A stretch of 64,000 bases of DNA from Myxococcota bacterium. Its GTDB lineage: Bacteria > Myxococcota_A > Polyangia > Polyangiales > Houyiibacteriaceae. Of this stretch, positions 1 to 12,084 are shown piece after piece. Made by a program: the position numbers and the translations under genes. The notes under the pieces were generated by a model that worked only from the letters and a program-made list of their open reading frames with translations, was not told the DNA's origin and ran no database searches. Positions within the stretch are counted from its first letter, which is position 1. Each line of letters opens with the position of its first letter. The stretch spans positions 32,001 to 96,000 of the forward strand of contig JBCCEA010000009.1 of NCBI GenBank assembly GCA_039030515.1, written 5' to 3'.

Positions 1-672
1 CCGATGGCATGGATGAGACGCACTGCGAGACCGCGACACCAGAGACGACGCGCTGACGGGACGATGCGCTGGGCCGAACACCCAAACTGGGAACCGATAC
101 CTCGTCAAACCGTGTTGGACAATTGGTTGGGGCGAGAACGAAGCGATGGCCGAACCGTCCATCGGTTGGAGGGAGATCGCTTTCTTCTTGCCTGGTTTGT
201 CGGAGTCAGCGAGCGCGTTCCGGAAAGAATATTTCGTCGTTACAATTTCGGCAGCGAAGAACTATGGGTTCACGTGGACCGCTCGGAGCAGACTCTAGTC
301 GCCTACCGTGGGGCCACACCACTATTTTCCACCCTAGTCTCGACGGGAGTAGACGGTCACGAAACCCCCTTGGGAATGTTTCGAGTTCAAAAAAAACGCA
401 TCACCGCCACTATGTCGAATCTAGGTCCCGAAGCCGGAGACGACCGATATCGCATCGAAGATGTGCCGTGGACTCAGTACTTTGAAGGAAGCCTTGCACT
501 GCACGGAGCGTTCTGGCACGAGCGTTTTGGACTACGCCAAAGCCACGGTTGCATCAACCTCTCCCCCGCAGACGCCCGGCGTTTGTTCGATCTGACGCAA
601 CCTGAAGTTCCGAGCGGTTGGCACGGAGTCAATACGCGTGATGACGGAACCCGTATTCTCATCAGCGAATAA
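1..672 (+). CDS. L,D-transpeptidase (YkuD family), 5'-truncated by the window edge
   Basis: Frame open from base 1; motifs HVDRSEQTLVAY, VSTG, ETPLG and catalytic ALHGAFWH...SHGCINL. Confidence 0.9.
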   Translation, partial: PMAWMRRTARPRHQRRRADGTMRWAEHPNWEPIPRQTVLDNWLGRERSDGRTVHRLEGDRFLLAWFVGVSERVPERIFRRYNFGSEELWVHVDRSEQTLVAYRGATPLFSTLVSTGVDGHETPLGMFRVQKKRITATMSNLGPEAGDDRYRIEDVPWTQYFEGSLALHGAFWHERFGLRQSHGCINLSPADARRLFDLTQPEVPSGWHGVNTRDDGTRILISE

Positions 673-689
673 ATAGAGTTCTATCTAAC

Positions 690-1292
690 CTAAGTCTCGA
701 TCAGACCCAACGAGGCGAGGTCTTCTCGAATCGCAGGAATGCCTCCTGCGCCCAAATGAAGCGAATCCATACCTGCCCTAAGAGCAGCCTCACAATTCTG
801 CATTCGATCATCGATAAAGACACACGACTGAGGAGGTAGACGAAGATGATCCGCCGCATGAAAGAAAAACCGCAGGTCCGGTTTTCGTAGGCCCATCTCG
901 CAAGAGACGAAAGACCAGTTTAGGTAGCGAGAGAGACCGATACGTCGCTCAATCCGTCGGTACCAGTTCGGATAGTTGGAGCATGCATGCATTTCGATTC
1001 CATGTTTTTGCATCTCCACTAACGTTTCTTGGGCTCCCGGCAAGAACTCATAGGCGTGCTCCACCGTCTCAGAAAATGCACCGAAGTCGAATACCCGACG
1101 GTCTGAAAAGAACTTCGTCAAGAACTCCTCCTCAGAGATCAAACCAAGCTCGAAGTCGATCCAGGCAAAACGATCTTTAGACTGCAGCATTTCGTCAAAG
1201 TTCATGCCAAAAAATGCCGGCATCACGGAGTGGAAGGGATCACGCACTAGGGTCCCCATCACGTCCCATAAGACCACCTTTCGCGCGCTCAC
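690..1292 (-). CDS. HAD-superfamily phosphatase, resembles plant FMN hydrolase FHY1
   Basis: Motif I variant WDVMGTLVRDPF, SNY motif II, RKPD motif III, FIDDR motif IV; 4-bp overlap with the upstream gene. Confidence 0.85.
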   Translation of the reverse strand: MSARKVVLWDVMGTLVRDPFHSVMPAFFGMNFDEMLQSKDRFAWIDFELGLISEEEFLTKFFSDRRVFDFGAFSETVEHAYEFLPGAQETLVEMQKHGIEMHACSNYPNWYRRIERRIGLSRYLNWSFVSCEMGLRKPDLRFFFHAADHLRLPPQSCVFIDDRMQNCEAALRAGMDSLHLGAGGIPAIREDLASLGLIET

Positions 1293-3910
1293 TCTGCTAC
1301 CCCTTCTTGGAGATTCGCCGAATCACAACCTACCGCCGAATCACTACCTACCAGAGCACTCTGACTTATCGACGCCGAAGAAGCGCTTAACCCGTGACGT
1401 CGCAACTTGCTGGAAAAGGTCGAACGTGGAAGCTCGAGCAGAGAGGCGGCGCGACGCCTGTCGCCATGCGCCCTGACGAGCGCGTACTCCAAGACCTGTC
1501 GCTCAATGGTCTCGAATGTAGCGGCAAACGGATCACCGAGGGTATTGCCGCTACTGCGCATCAAGCGAGGCAAGTCTGAAGCAAGAACCCTGACGGCCCC
1601 CAGAGGTTTCTCCTCGTTTCCCGATAGTGCGGTCTTCGAAGCGGTCAGCCGTTGCTCCGAGCGCCGCACCGCACTGTAAAGAATCAGCAACAACTCATCG
1701 AGATTTCCGGCCCACTCATGCTCCAGAAGTACCTTGAGTGCCTCGGAGTCGATCCCTCGGATACTCACTCCCGACACCCGACACACGTGATCGAGTGCGA
1801 AAAGAGTCAACGACGGAAGGTCTTCTCGCCTTTCGCGCAAGGGGGGCACCTCGATGATAGAGGACTGAAACCAGCGGGCAAGATCGGGATGCGCAGCACC
1901 TGACTGCACGAGTTTGTCCAGAGAAACTGCAGAAGTAGCCACCAAACGCACATCGATGGGAAACGCTTGCGCTGCGTGGAGGGGACGCAGCAGCCGGGTC
2001 GCGAGAACCGCTGCAAGTTCCTGCTGAATCGAACACGAGAGGGCACCGATATTCCTTAAGACCAAAGTGCCCCCGCTGGCGATTCTCAAACACCCGGTCT
2101 CGGATTCTGAGCCGAAGAGTCTTTGGGTGATCTGATCTTCTTGCATTTGTGCGCATGACACGAAAATACAAGACTCATCACAATGTTCGCTGACTTGATG
2201 AAAACGGCCGGCAACCGAATCGAGTTCTGTACCGAATTCTCCGTGTAAGAATACAGGAGCCAAGTCGCGGGTCACCTTTTCAAGCCTGGTCTCAAGCCGC
2301 CTCATCACTGCGCTGTACGCTACGAGAGGCCAAACAAAGGGAGCTTCTTGCTTCGAGGAACGGCGGAGTATCTCAATTCTCAAGCCGAGCTCTGCCACCT
2401 GATCTTGCGTGGCTTCGAGCCAACCGGACTGCCTACTCATATGCGCTCTAAGCTCAGATTCCCGCAGTTCGCTCCTCATCCTGGCTCCGATAAGACTGAG
2501 TGAAGACGCCAAACGGTCGGATAGCAGACGGAGTTCGTGTAACTCCTCAAACGACATTGGAGCTGAACGGTTTCCTCTGGGGATCACCACTGCTCCTTCG
2601 ATCGACTCTCCATCTATTGAGAGGGGAAGAACACAGAAGGCTTCCAGCGATAGAAGAGCCTCCACCACAGCACGTAGATCCGGTCGTCGCACTACCTGCG
2701 CCGCGAGTCGAGATGTCACGAGGATCTCGCGCGGTCTTTGAGTAAAAACATCAGCAAGTGCCGGTGAAATGGACGCATCGCGGACTCGGACGCCGCCTGA
2801 AGCATCGATCTCAACCACCCGAGGTGGCTGAGCAAGGTAGAGTAGCGGCGCCGCCCGGTGAACACCACTGGCGCGCCGAAGTGCAGGCAAAATCTGACTG
2901 CCCAATGCGTCTAAGCCTGAAGTCACCGAGGAGTCAGCGAGAAACCGACGAACTTCGTGGAGCAATCGGCCTCCGTGAGGACGCAAAACCCTCCCTAGGG
3001 GACTCCATAGGATTCGATAGCAGCTCCATCCTGCAAGGAGGACTAGGGAGATATAAAGTGCAATTACTTGAGCGGTCCAGGCGATCGGAGGACCCACGAA
3101 TTTTAGCCCCAGCGTGCAACATAAAATCGTTGCACTCGCAGCGACCATCTGGCGCGTGAACGGAGCTGCCCGAAGTCGATGCCTGCGATCCACTAGGAGG
3201 ACATGGGTTGCGAGCAGGGCAAGCACGACAACTGAGGCTCCAACTCGGACCCATGGTGGCGCCGGATGGCTTACCGGACGTGTAAATAAGAGAATCAACG
3301 AAAACACCGCCGCTGGGGTCAGGCCTAGAATGCCCCACAAATTGTCGGCAAGGTGCTCTGGCGGGCTTCGCAGGTGTGGCCTCACAAACCGTGCGATCCA
3401 ACCCAACAAAACGGACGCAAAGAGAAAACACAAGGGCGCCCATCGACCGGCTGCTGGAAACACCCAAAGCGACTCACCCAAGCGTAGGGTTGGCACAACC
3501 GCAGCGAGTCCCCAGGCAAAGCAGAGCATCCCCGCCGGCAGCGGCATCCGGGCTATGGTCCCAAGCGGCTTTGGAGAATCGGGAACACGAAGAGCAGCTT
3601 CCAGTATCAAGACCCCGCAAAGTATCGGTGCAAGAACTCGGAACACCTCCACAGCGAGCGAGGGAGACAAGTGCGCCCCGCCTGCGAGGAGCATAAACCC
3701 GAGTGCGACTCCAAGAGCGGCAACGTATCTCGGACCTCGCGCTTCACCTCGCCCGTGTACAATGAATGGAATCCAGGAACAGGCGAAGGCAGCGAGCAAT
3801 ACGACGATGTCGATAGAGTTGAGTAGCTCTGCGCGCACGGATATTGAATCCGCGGCAAGGTAAATGATCGTAGCTGGTCCGAGGAGCTGTAGCGTCCGAG
3901 CTTGACTCAT
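1289..3910 (-). CDS. Multi-TM membrane protein with GAF-like region, degenerate sigma54-interaction AAA+ domain and Fis-type HTH
   Basis: About 300 aa of hydrophobic helices; IDVRLVATS, PPLRERREDLP, WAGNLDEL; C-terminal HTH AHGDRRRAASLLELPRSTFSSKLRRHGL; Walker A/B and GAFTGA degenerate. Confidence 0.8.
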   Translation of the reverse strand: MSQARTLQLLGPATIIYLAADSISVRAELLNSIDIVVLLAAFACSWIPFIVHGRGEARGPRYVAALGVALGFMLLAGGAHLSPSLAVEVFRVLAPILCGVLILEAALRVPDSPKPLGTIARMPLPAGMLCFAWGLAAVVPTLRLGESLWVFPAAGRWAPLCFLFASVLLGWIARFVRPHLRSPPEHLADNLWGILGLTPAAVFSLILLFTRPVSHPAPPWVRVGASVVVLALLATHVLLVDRRHRLRAAPFTRQMVAASATILCCTLGLKFVGPPIAWTAQVIALYISLVLLAGWSCYRILWSPLGRVLRPHGGRLLHEVRRFLADSSVTSGLDALGSQILPALRRASGVHRAAPLLYLAQPPRVVEIDASGGVRVRDASISPALADVFTQRPREILVTSRLAAQVVRRPDLRAVVEALLSLEAFCVLPLSIDGESIEGAVVIPRGNRSAPMSFEELHELRLLSDRLASSLSLIGARMRSELRESELRAHMSRQSGWLEATQDQVAELGLRIEILRRSSKQEAPFVWPLVAYSAVMRRLETRLEKVTRDLAPVFLHGEFGTELDSVAGRFHQVSEHCDESCIFVSCAQMQEDQITQRLFGSESETGCLRIASGGTLVLRNIGALSCSIQQELAAVLATRLLRPLHAAQAFPIDVRLVATSAVSLDKLVQSGAAHPDLARWFQSSIIEVPPLRERREDLPSLTLFALDHVCRVSGVSIRGIDSEALKVLLEHEWAGNLDELLLILYSAVRRSEQRLTASKTALSGNEEKPLGAVRVLASDLPRLMRSSGNTLGDPFAATFETIERQVLEYALVRAHGDRRRAASLLELPRSTFSSKLRRHGLSASSASISQSALVGSDSAVGCDSANLQEGVAE
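1316..1351. repeat. 18-bp tandem duplication (1 mismatch) in the 3' end of the degenerate activator gene
   Basis: cgccgaatcacaacctac followed by cgccgaatcactacctac (VGSDSA/VGCDSA on the minus strand). Confidence 0.85.
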
Positions 3911-3922
3911 AACGAGCCGAGC

Positions 3923-4789
3923 TCAGCCGCTCAATGCCTCAGCGCCTCCAATGATCTCCACCAACTCCTTGGTGATCGCTGCTTGGCGGGCTCGATTGAA
4001 CTGCAGAGTGAGCTTGCCTATCATGTCGCCTGCGTTGCTCGTAGCCGCATCCATCGCGGTCATACGTGCCCCGTGCTCCGACGCTACCGACTCCAAGAGA
4101 GCACGGTAGATTTCGACTTCGACGTACATTGGAAGAAGCCTGTCGAGAAGCTGCTCTTTATCAGGCTCGTAGATAAAATCTCCAAGTCGGTCTTCTTCCA
4201 TTTCCATCGGTGCGATGGGAAGCAACTGTTCGACTATAACTTCTTGACTGATGGCGCTCTTGAACTGGTTGTACACGAGGTAGCAGGCATCAAGTCCTTC
4301 GCGAGAATATTCATCTACGATGTAGCGGCTCACCTCACGCGCTTTTTCAATGGATAAATTCTCGAGAACATCGGTGAACTCCTGCCGAATATCCGCATTT
4401 CGGCGTCGCAGATATTCACGGCCTTTGCGCCCGACAACTCCGAAGCAGACCTCAGCCGATCCCTCAAGACCGCGCCACTCCTGGTGTGCGCGCTTGTTCA
4501 CGTTGGCGTTGAACGCTCCGGCTAGGCCTCGATCGCTTGTCAGCACCACGAACATCGCGCGACGCACCTCGCGCTTCGCCAGCAGAGGATGGACCTCTTG
4601 ATCCTCGCCGCATCTGGCCGACACAGCGCTTAAAACCTCAAGTGTCTTCAGCGCATACGGTCGCAGCTCAACGATGTTTTGCTGGGCCTTTCGCAATCGG
4701 GCAGCGGCCACGAGCTTCATCGCTCGGGTGATCTTTTGAGTGCTCTTCACCGAAGCGATGCGCTTGCGTATGTCTTTAAGACTGGCCAT
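3923..4789 (-). CDS. atpG: ATP synthase F1 gamma subunit
   Basis: MASLKDIRKRIASVKSTQKITRAMKLVAAA; TSDRGLAGAFN; SEHGARMTAM; RARQAAITKEL. Confidence 0.99.
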   Translation of the reverse strand: MASLKDIRKRIASVKSTQKITRAMKLVAAARLRKAQQNIVELRPYALKTLEVLSAVSARCGEDQEVHPLLAKREVRRAMFVVLTSDRGLAGAFNANVNKRAHQEWRGLEGSAEVCFGVVGRKGREYLRRRNADIRQEFTDVLENLSIEKAREVSRYIVDEYSREGLDACYLVYNQFKSAISQEVIVEQLLPIAPMEMEEDRLGDFIYEPDKEQLLDRLLPMYVEVEIYRALLESVASEHGARMTAMDAATSNAGDMIGKLTLQFNRARQAAITKELVEIIGGAEALSG

Positions 4790-4791
4790 GG

Positions 4792-7062
<2,271 letters not shown>

Positions 7063-7066
<4 letters not shown>

Positions 7067-7797
7067 GCTCGCCCTCCCCCGCGAATCGAGGGACCCAACT
7101 GCGTTACGTAGGCCTCCGTAAGTCGCTGCTGGTCAAGCGGTGAGAGCTCCGAATGAAGGATTTCCTCCGCATGGCTTAGGGCAGCGACCACCGTTTCCTT
7201 GGTTAGTCGCTCTTGAATCTGTTTGAATTGCTGGGAAATCAAAAACTCCGCGTCGTTTCGCATTAGAGCGGACTTTGCCTCTGTCTCTTCAGAGATTCGC
7301 TGCCGTTCTGCTTCACCCGCACGTTTCGTTTCCGAACGAATGCGCTCTAGTTCCTGATCAAGAGCTCCGAGCTTCTGCTCGTACTCACGATGCATGCGCT
7401 CTGCTTCTTCGCGAAGACGTTTCGCTTCCTCGAGCTGATCGAAAATGGTTGCCCGGCGCTGTTTGAGGAACGCACTTAAGGGTCCGCGGGCGCCGTAATA
7501 GATGAGAAGCAGGAGGCATCCAAAATTGAATACCATTCCCTGAAAAGTCGTATCGCTGAACAGTTTTAGGAGTCGATCTCCCATGCTTGATTCGGGAGCG
7601 ATAGGCCCTGAAACGTGGGTGGAGCTCGATTCGTGAGCTTCGACTGCTGCCCCATGTCCTCCGACGTCTGCGCGAGCGGACAGGGCTGAGGAGAGCAGAG
7701 AACCAACCAAAACGAGGCCAAGCACGCATATGTGCACAGAGGCCGTCAAAAGCCGGCAAGCGGAGCTTAGGGGAGCGCGTTTTGATTCGAACCGCAT
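7063..7797 (-). CDS. atpF: ATP synthase Fo subunit b (with N-terminal extension)
   Basis: FNFGCLLLLIYYGARGPLSAFLKQRRATI TM plus coiled coil; overlaps atpH start. Exact start uncertain. Confidence 0.88.
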
Positions 7798-8279
7798 CAG
7801 GCGATCTCCCGTCCGAGAAGGGTGCTGACCACCTGCTTGGCGAGGTTCGGTACCGAGGCGTGCAGCACACTACGCGTCACTGCCGACTGTCGGTCGAGTT
7901 CTTTGCGCGTGTCGTCCACGAGAGCCTGGGTCTCGGAACGGACTTTTGCGAGTAGCGTCTGCTGCATCGCAAGACTTTCCTGAAGAAGTTGTTGTCGCTC
8001 AGCGGCTGCTTTTGCTCGAACGTCGACCAGCTTTTGCTCGAAAGCCGCCGCCTTTTCTTCTGAGTCTGCTCGGAGTCGCTCGGCTTCTTCTTTCGAACCG
8101 TCGATCGCTTGCTCTCGTGCTTCGAAAAGGGCGATCATGGGACGAAACACCGTCCAATTTAGAACGAGCATCGCCAAAAAGAACAACGCCGCCTGGATGA
8201 AGATGGTGCCGTCGACGTCGATCAGGGAGCCACCAGAAAGCAAGGTGGGTGACGTCAACAGATGGTATTGCGAAAGCAT
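7797..8279 (-). CDS. ATP synthase Fo subunit b' (second b-type subunit)
   Basis: IDVDGTIFIQAALFFLAMLVLNWTVFRPM...AREQAI; coiled coil; first gene of the cluster. Confidence 0.88.
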   Translation of the reverse strand: MLSQYHLLTSPTLLSGGSLIDVDGTIFIQAALFFLAMLVLNWTVFRPMIALFEAREQAIDGSKEEAERLRADSEEKAAAFEQKLVDVRAKAAAERQQLLQESLAMQQTLLAKVRSETQALVDDTRKELDRQSAVTRSVLHASVPNLAKQVVSTLLGREIA

Positions 8280-8549
8280 TACTTCCTCGCTCGTGGTACG
8301 AGATGCGATCTCTCTCGTCGCCTCGGCTGCGTTTCGCCAGATCGCGATTGTCGAGCCGGCGGGGCTTAGCAGCGCCTTTTGGCAACGTCAAGGAACGACA
8401 GTCGACGTGTACGTTGGGTACGCAGGCGACTAGAATTAAGGGAGAAACGCTCTGCACGCTCTGTACCCCGACTCAGGGCATCTCGACTCCGGTTGGGACG
8501 CCCAAAGCTCAAAACCGAGAAGGTATGCAGAGATCAGAGTGCAACATTG

Positions 8550-8587
8550 ATCCGGCGGTCAACCTGCTCATCCGGCGGTCAACCTGC
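8550..8587. repeat. 18-bp perfect direct repeat (20-bp period) at the stop of the SRPBCC gene
   Basis: atccggcggtcaacctgc at 8550-8567 and 8570-8587. Confidence 0.9.
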
Positions 8588-9167
8588 GTCGCAAAGCACG
8601 AATCGTTCTGCGCGCACTGCTCACGTTTTCCTCAGTAAATATCGAGGCCGGAAGCGGTAGGTCGGGATCGACAAGAAGCTGAAACGCAACGAGTGCACGC
8701 TGTCCCCCATCGAGAGGCGCGACCTCCCAGCGCGCCAAAAAGCGCTCCATGTTTCCATCCAACATTCGAGCTTCGATGATCTGCGTTTGTCCGCGCGACG
8801 CCACCCGATCCATTTCCATCTGAGCCCAAAGCGTGACGGTGTTGTGTATGATTCCTGCCTCAAGATAAACGCGAGCCCGGTCTCCTCTTTGAGCGAGCAC
8901 TCTGGACTCGTGAAAATGCGGCAAGAATTCTCGGTAGTCTTGGTAACCACGGACAGTGGAAAGAACATCCTCGAACGGAGCATCCACAACACCGATCGCC
9001 TTGCCCCAGCTCACGTCGAACTCGGGATGGTCGACGGCGCTCGCCTGTATCTCTCCGCCCAAACGCCGGGCGATCGAGGAAGCGTCCGCCAGAGCAAGCT
9101 GAGGAGCCAACGCAAGGCCAATTGCGAGTGCTGCACCGAGTATTGGTGCTGAACCCGATTTTGTCAT
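8568..9167 (-). CDS. Secreted SRPBCC/START-fold (polyketide cyclase-like) protein
   Basis: Signal peptide from ATG 9167 (MTKSGSAPILGAALAIGLALAPQLALA); VVDAPFEDVLSTVRGYQDYREFLPHFHESRV; GNMERFLARWEV. Confidence 0.75.
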   Translation of the reverse strand: MTKSGSAPILGAALAIGLALAPQLALADASSIARRLGGEIQASAVDHPEFDVSWGKAIGVVDAPFEDVLSTVRGYQDYREFLPHFHESRVLAQRGDRARVYLEAGIIHNTVTLWAQMEMDRVASRGQTQIIEARMLDGNMERFLARWEVAPLDGGQRALVAFQLLVDPDLPLPASIFTEENVSSARRTIRALRRRLTAG

Positions 9168-9807
9168 CAGGGCGAGCTGTTCGCGCATGCCCCTCGGGAC
9201 GTCGGCGCATTTTTTTTTCGCAGATGGGGATTGTGAGTAACGGGCAGGTAGGAGTGCCGCTTTTGAGGGGGATACGTTCGCTCTTCTAAGCGTAGATCGA
9301 AAACGTGAGGGGAATCGGAGTTTTGGAGAGCAGGAATGTGTCCGCAACGGGAGGTGTAGTGAGGCCGGAAACGGTGAAGGAGAAGGCGATAGGGGAAGCA
9401 TCAGTTCCTCCGATGGCGGTCGTTGCCGCAATCAGGGTTCGTTGTCGGAGCCGCGACGTTACAAAGATCAGGCCACCGGACTCCAACCTGAGGTGCGGCG
9501 CCTCGAGCCGAAAAAAACCAAGAATTTCATGGAGCGATGCTCAGACTCACCGTGAATTTCAGCCACACCTGTGGCTTTTGGATACATCTGCCGAGAAGGC
9601 AGTGTGAATCTTTTGCTTCAGACATGTCCACAGGGCGCAACACGTTCGGCCACGACACCCACGGCCAGGTGCGCTCGAAAATCGCGTTTCTCGGCGCGCT
9701 CTTAGGCCTTGGGCGGTACCGAAGCGTAAAGCGTGTCATGATGCAGTGGCGTGCGGAGCGGTCGTATTCTCCATATCGCTTGATGCGTCGCCCGCAGGAG
9801 TCCTCCG

Positions 9808-10638
9808 ATGGGGAGTCAACATGTGCACAAGGCGGTATTCGTTGCAGGAGCCGGTCATTCCGGATCCACACTGCTCGGGCATTTGCTCGGCAACCATGCT
9901 CAGGCGTTTTATGCCGGCGAGGCCAAGAAAAGCATCTACATCGGAGATTCCACGAAGCCTTTGCGCAAGCGCATTTGCAAGCTCTGTGGCGAGGACTGCC
10001 CACTCTGGAGCCGATTCGATCCCGAGAGCAAGCTCCACCTGTACCAGCAACTGGCGCATCTAAGCGGACGCTCTGTCGTCGTTGACTCGACGAAGTCGAT
10101 CGAGTGGATCGAGCGACAGCGACGAACACTACCGGCCCAAACCGAAGCCTATCTCCTCTTTCTGACGAGAGACGGCCGCGCCGTAGTCAACTCGAGGGTG
10201 AGAAAGTACCCGAATCGACAACCCTCGGATCTGATCGACGATTGGCGGAGACAAATCGAGGCGACCGAGCAGCTGATGCAACGCTTCGATGGCGATACTT
10301 ACGAGATTCGCTACGAGAAGCTGGCCACGGAACCAGAGGTCATCATGCGCAATCTCTGCAACTTTTTGGGTTTGAGGTACACCCCATCGATGCTCCGATT
10401 CGATGCTTCGAACCACCATCCACTTGGTGGCAACAACGGAACCCAATTTCTCATGTCTCGAGCGCAAGGTCAGGACCCAAACCAGAACGCTCTAGGAGAC
10501 CGGATTCACGCGTACTACGGTTCTCACCCAGCCGGGATACAGTTGGATCTCCGTTGGCGGTCAGAGCTCCCAGACGAGGTTCTCAGACTATTCGAAAAGC
10601 GCGCCGGAACGCTCAACCTGAGGTTTAGGTGGCCATGA
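9808..10638 (+). CDS. PAPS-dependent sulfotransferase
   Basis: 5'-PSB loop GAGHSGSTLL, CKLCGEDCPLW, VVDSTK, 3'-PB TRDGRAVVNS, IRYEKLATEP; GGAG RBS. Confidence 0.88.
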   Translation: MGSQHVHKAVFVAGAGHSGSTLLGHLLGNHAQAFYAGEAKKSIYIGDSTKPLRKRICKLCGEDCPLWSRFDPESKLHLYQQLAHLSGRSVVVDSTKSIEWIERQRRTLPAQTEAYLLFLTRDGRAVVNSRVRKYPNRQPSDLIDDWRRQIEATEQLMQRFDGDTYEIRYEKLATEPEVIMRNLCNFLGLRYTPSMLRFDASNHHPLGGNNGTQFLMSRAQGQDPNQNALGDRIHAYYGSHPAGIQLDLRWRSELPDEVLRLFEKRAGTLNLRFRWP

Positions 10639-12080
10639 AACGCATCGACCTAGTCTTCCGGACAGTAGGAGAGCGTACTTCAGAACTCGCTCTTGAACTC
10701 GCTAAGACAAACATTCGTCCAGATAGAGTTTTTATATTCGAGAACATAAGACCGTTTTCGGAGACTGTTCAAAAACAACTAAAGCTAAATCACAATTGCG
10801 ACATCGTAGTCTACATGGACGCAGACTGTCTCATTTTGGAGAACATGCGTCCGTTTCTCGAATCCAACGAGTCTCCCTACGTAGACTGCTTTGTCCAAGA
10901 CAGATTTCGAGGAGCAATCCATTGTGGGGTGCACTTGACTCGAATCGATCTCGTAGATGCTATGCGTCGCGTGTCTCCTCCAATAAACGACTTAGCGTAC
11001 GTTTTGAGGCCGGAATCAAGACTTCGCAATTTGGCGATGCAGGCGAACGGTTGGAAAAAATCCTTCAAAAACTTCTTCATACTGCATGATCATTTTCAGA
11101 GAGCATGCGACATTTTCGCCAAGTACGCGCTTCGGGAACTCAGGAGCAGAACAAAAAAGCAGAGACTCCGCCTCGATACAGCGATGCAAAAGTGGGGTGA
11201 TGACACAGACTTCGTTATAGCCCGGGCCGCCTTAGCCCACGCAAACCGCTCTGTGCCTCCGGAAGCGTCCGCAAGTGAGCAGCATGCGTACATTAGAGAG
11301 CTACCGCGAGTTGCCCTAGAAGAAACCAGGAAGATGCCCCCAGCGAGCCAGAAGCCTCTCTTGAGGTCTGAGGTTGAAAAACGCGCACATGAGGTTTCCA
11401 AAAATCGTCCCAGCAGCCAGAAGCCTAAAGTGTTTGGACTCGGACTGAGTCGCACAGGAACCCGGAGTCTTACTGCTGCTTTGCAAATACTCGGCTGGGA
11501 CTGCCTACACTACCCAACCGATGAACAGACATTCAAAGATTTATCGGCAGGAAAAGGCTTGTTTCAATTTCTTAATATCTGGGACGGACTCACAGACATC
11601 ACAGCAGCCCCCTACTACGCACAGCTTGATGCTAACTACCCGGGGAGCAAGTTCATTCTCACCGTGCGTGATACCGGTTCATGGCTGCGTTCTGCAAACA
11701 ATCATTGGACTGGCCGGGACCCTTTTGCTCCCGCCGAGACGGATGCAGCACAATCCCACATGAAGATCAGGCGGCTACTGCGCGCTGCCACCTATGGTTG
11801 TTATGAATTTGAACCGACAAGGTTCCGATGGGTCTTTGAACAACACCGTCTCAACGTCGAACGATACTTTCAAAAGCGTTCTGAAGATCTTCTTGTGATC
11901 GACATCTGCAATGGAGAGGGATTCGAAAAACTCGCACCTTTTCTCGGTGTTCCCGAGCCAATCCAACCCTTTCCCCATAAGGGCTTTCGACTTTCGGAGC
12001 AGATAAACCAGGAGCGCTCTCACTCCGCAAGTCCCATCGATCATGAGGACGACGCAAGTGAATTTGAAGTCAACGACTGA
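10635..12080 (+). CDS. Fusion of an N-terminal DxD (GT-A-like) domain and a C-terminal sulfotransferase-like P-loop domain
   Basis: ATGA overlap with the upstream stop; VYMDADCLI DxD motif; KVFGLGLSRTGTRSL, YPGSKFILTVRD...WLRS, GFEKLAPFLG...PFPH. Confidence 0.75.
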   Translation: MKRIDLVFRTVGERTSELALELAKTNIRPDRVFIFENIRPFSETVQKQLKLNHNCDIVVYMDADCLILENMRPFLESNESPYVDCFVQDRFRGAIHCGVHLTRIDLVDAMRRVSPPINDLAYVLRPESRLRNLAMQANGWKKSFKNFFILHDHFQRACDIFAKYALRELRSRTKKQRLRLDTAMQKWGDDTDFVIARAALAHANRSVPPEASASEQHAYIRELPRVALEETRKMPPASQKPLLRSEVEKRAHEVSKNRPSSQKPKVFGLGLSRTGTRSLTAALQILGWDCLHYPTDEQTFKDLSAGKGLFQFLNIWDGLTDITAAPYYAQLDANYPGSKFILTVRDTGSWLRSANNHWTGRDPFAPAETDAAQSHMKIRRLLRAATYGCYEFEPTRFRWVFEQHRLNVERYFQKRSEDLLVIDICNGEGFEKLAPFLGVPEPIQPFPHKGFRLSEQINQERSHSASPIDHEDDASEFEVND

Positions 12081-12084
12081 ACCG

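Noticed and set aside
9168..9807. Long divergent intergenic region as ncRNA, riboswitch or RiPP precursor
   Set aside because: No riboswitch consensus, strong hairpin set or leader/core peptide pattern recognisable by eye; an Rfam scan would settle it.
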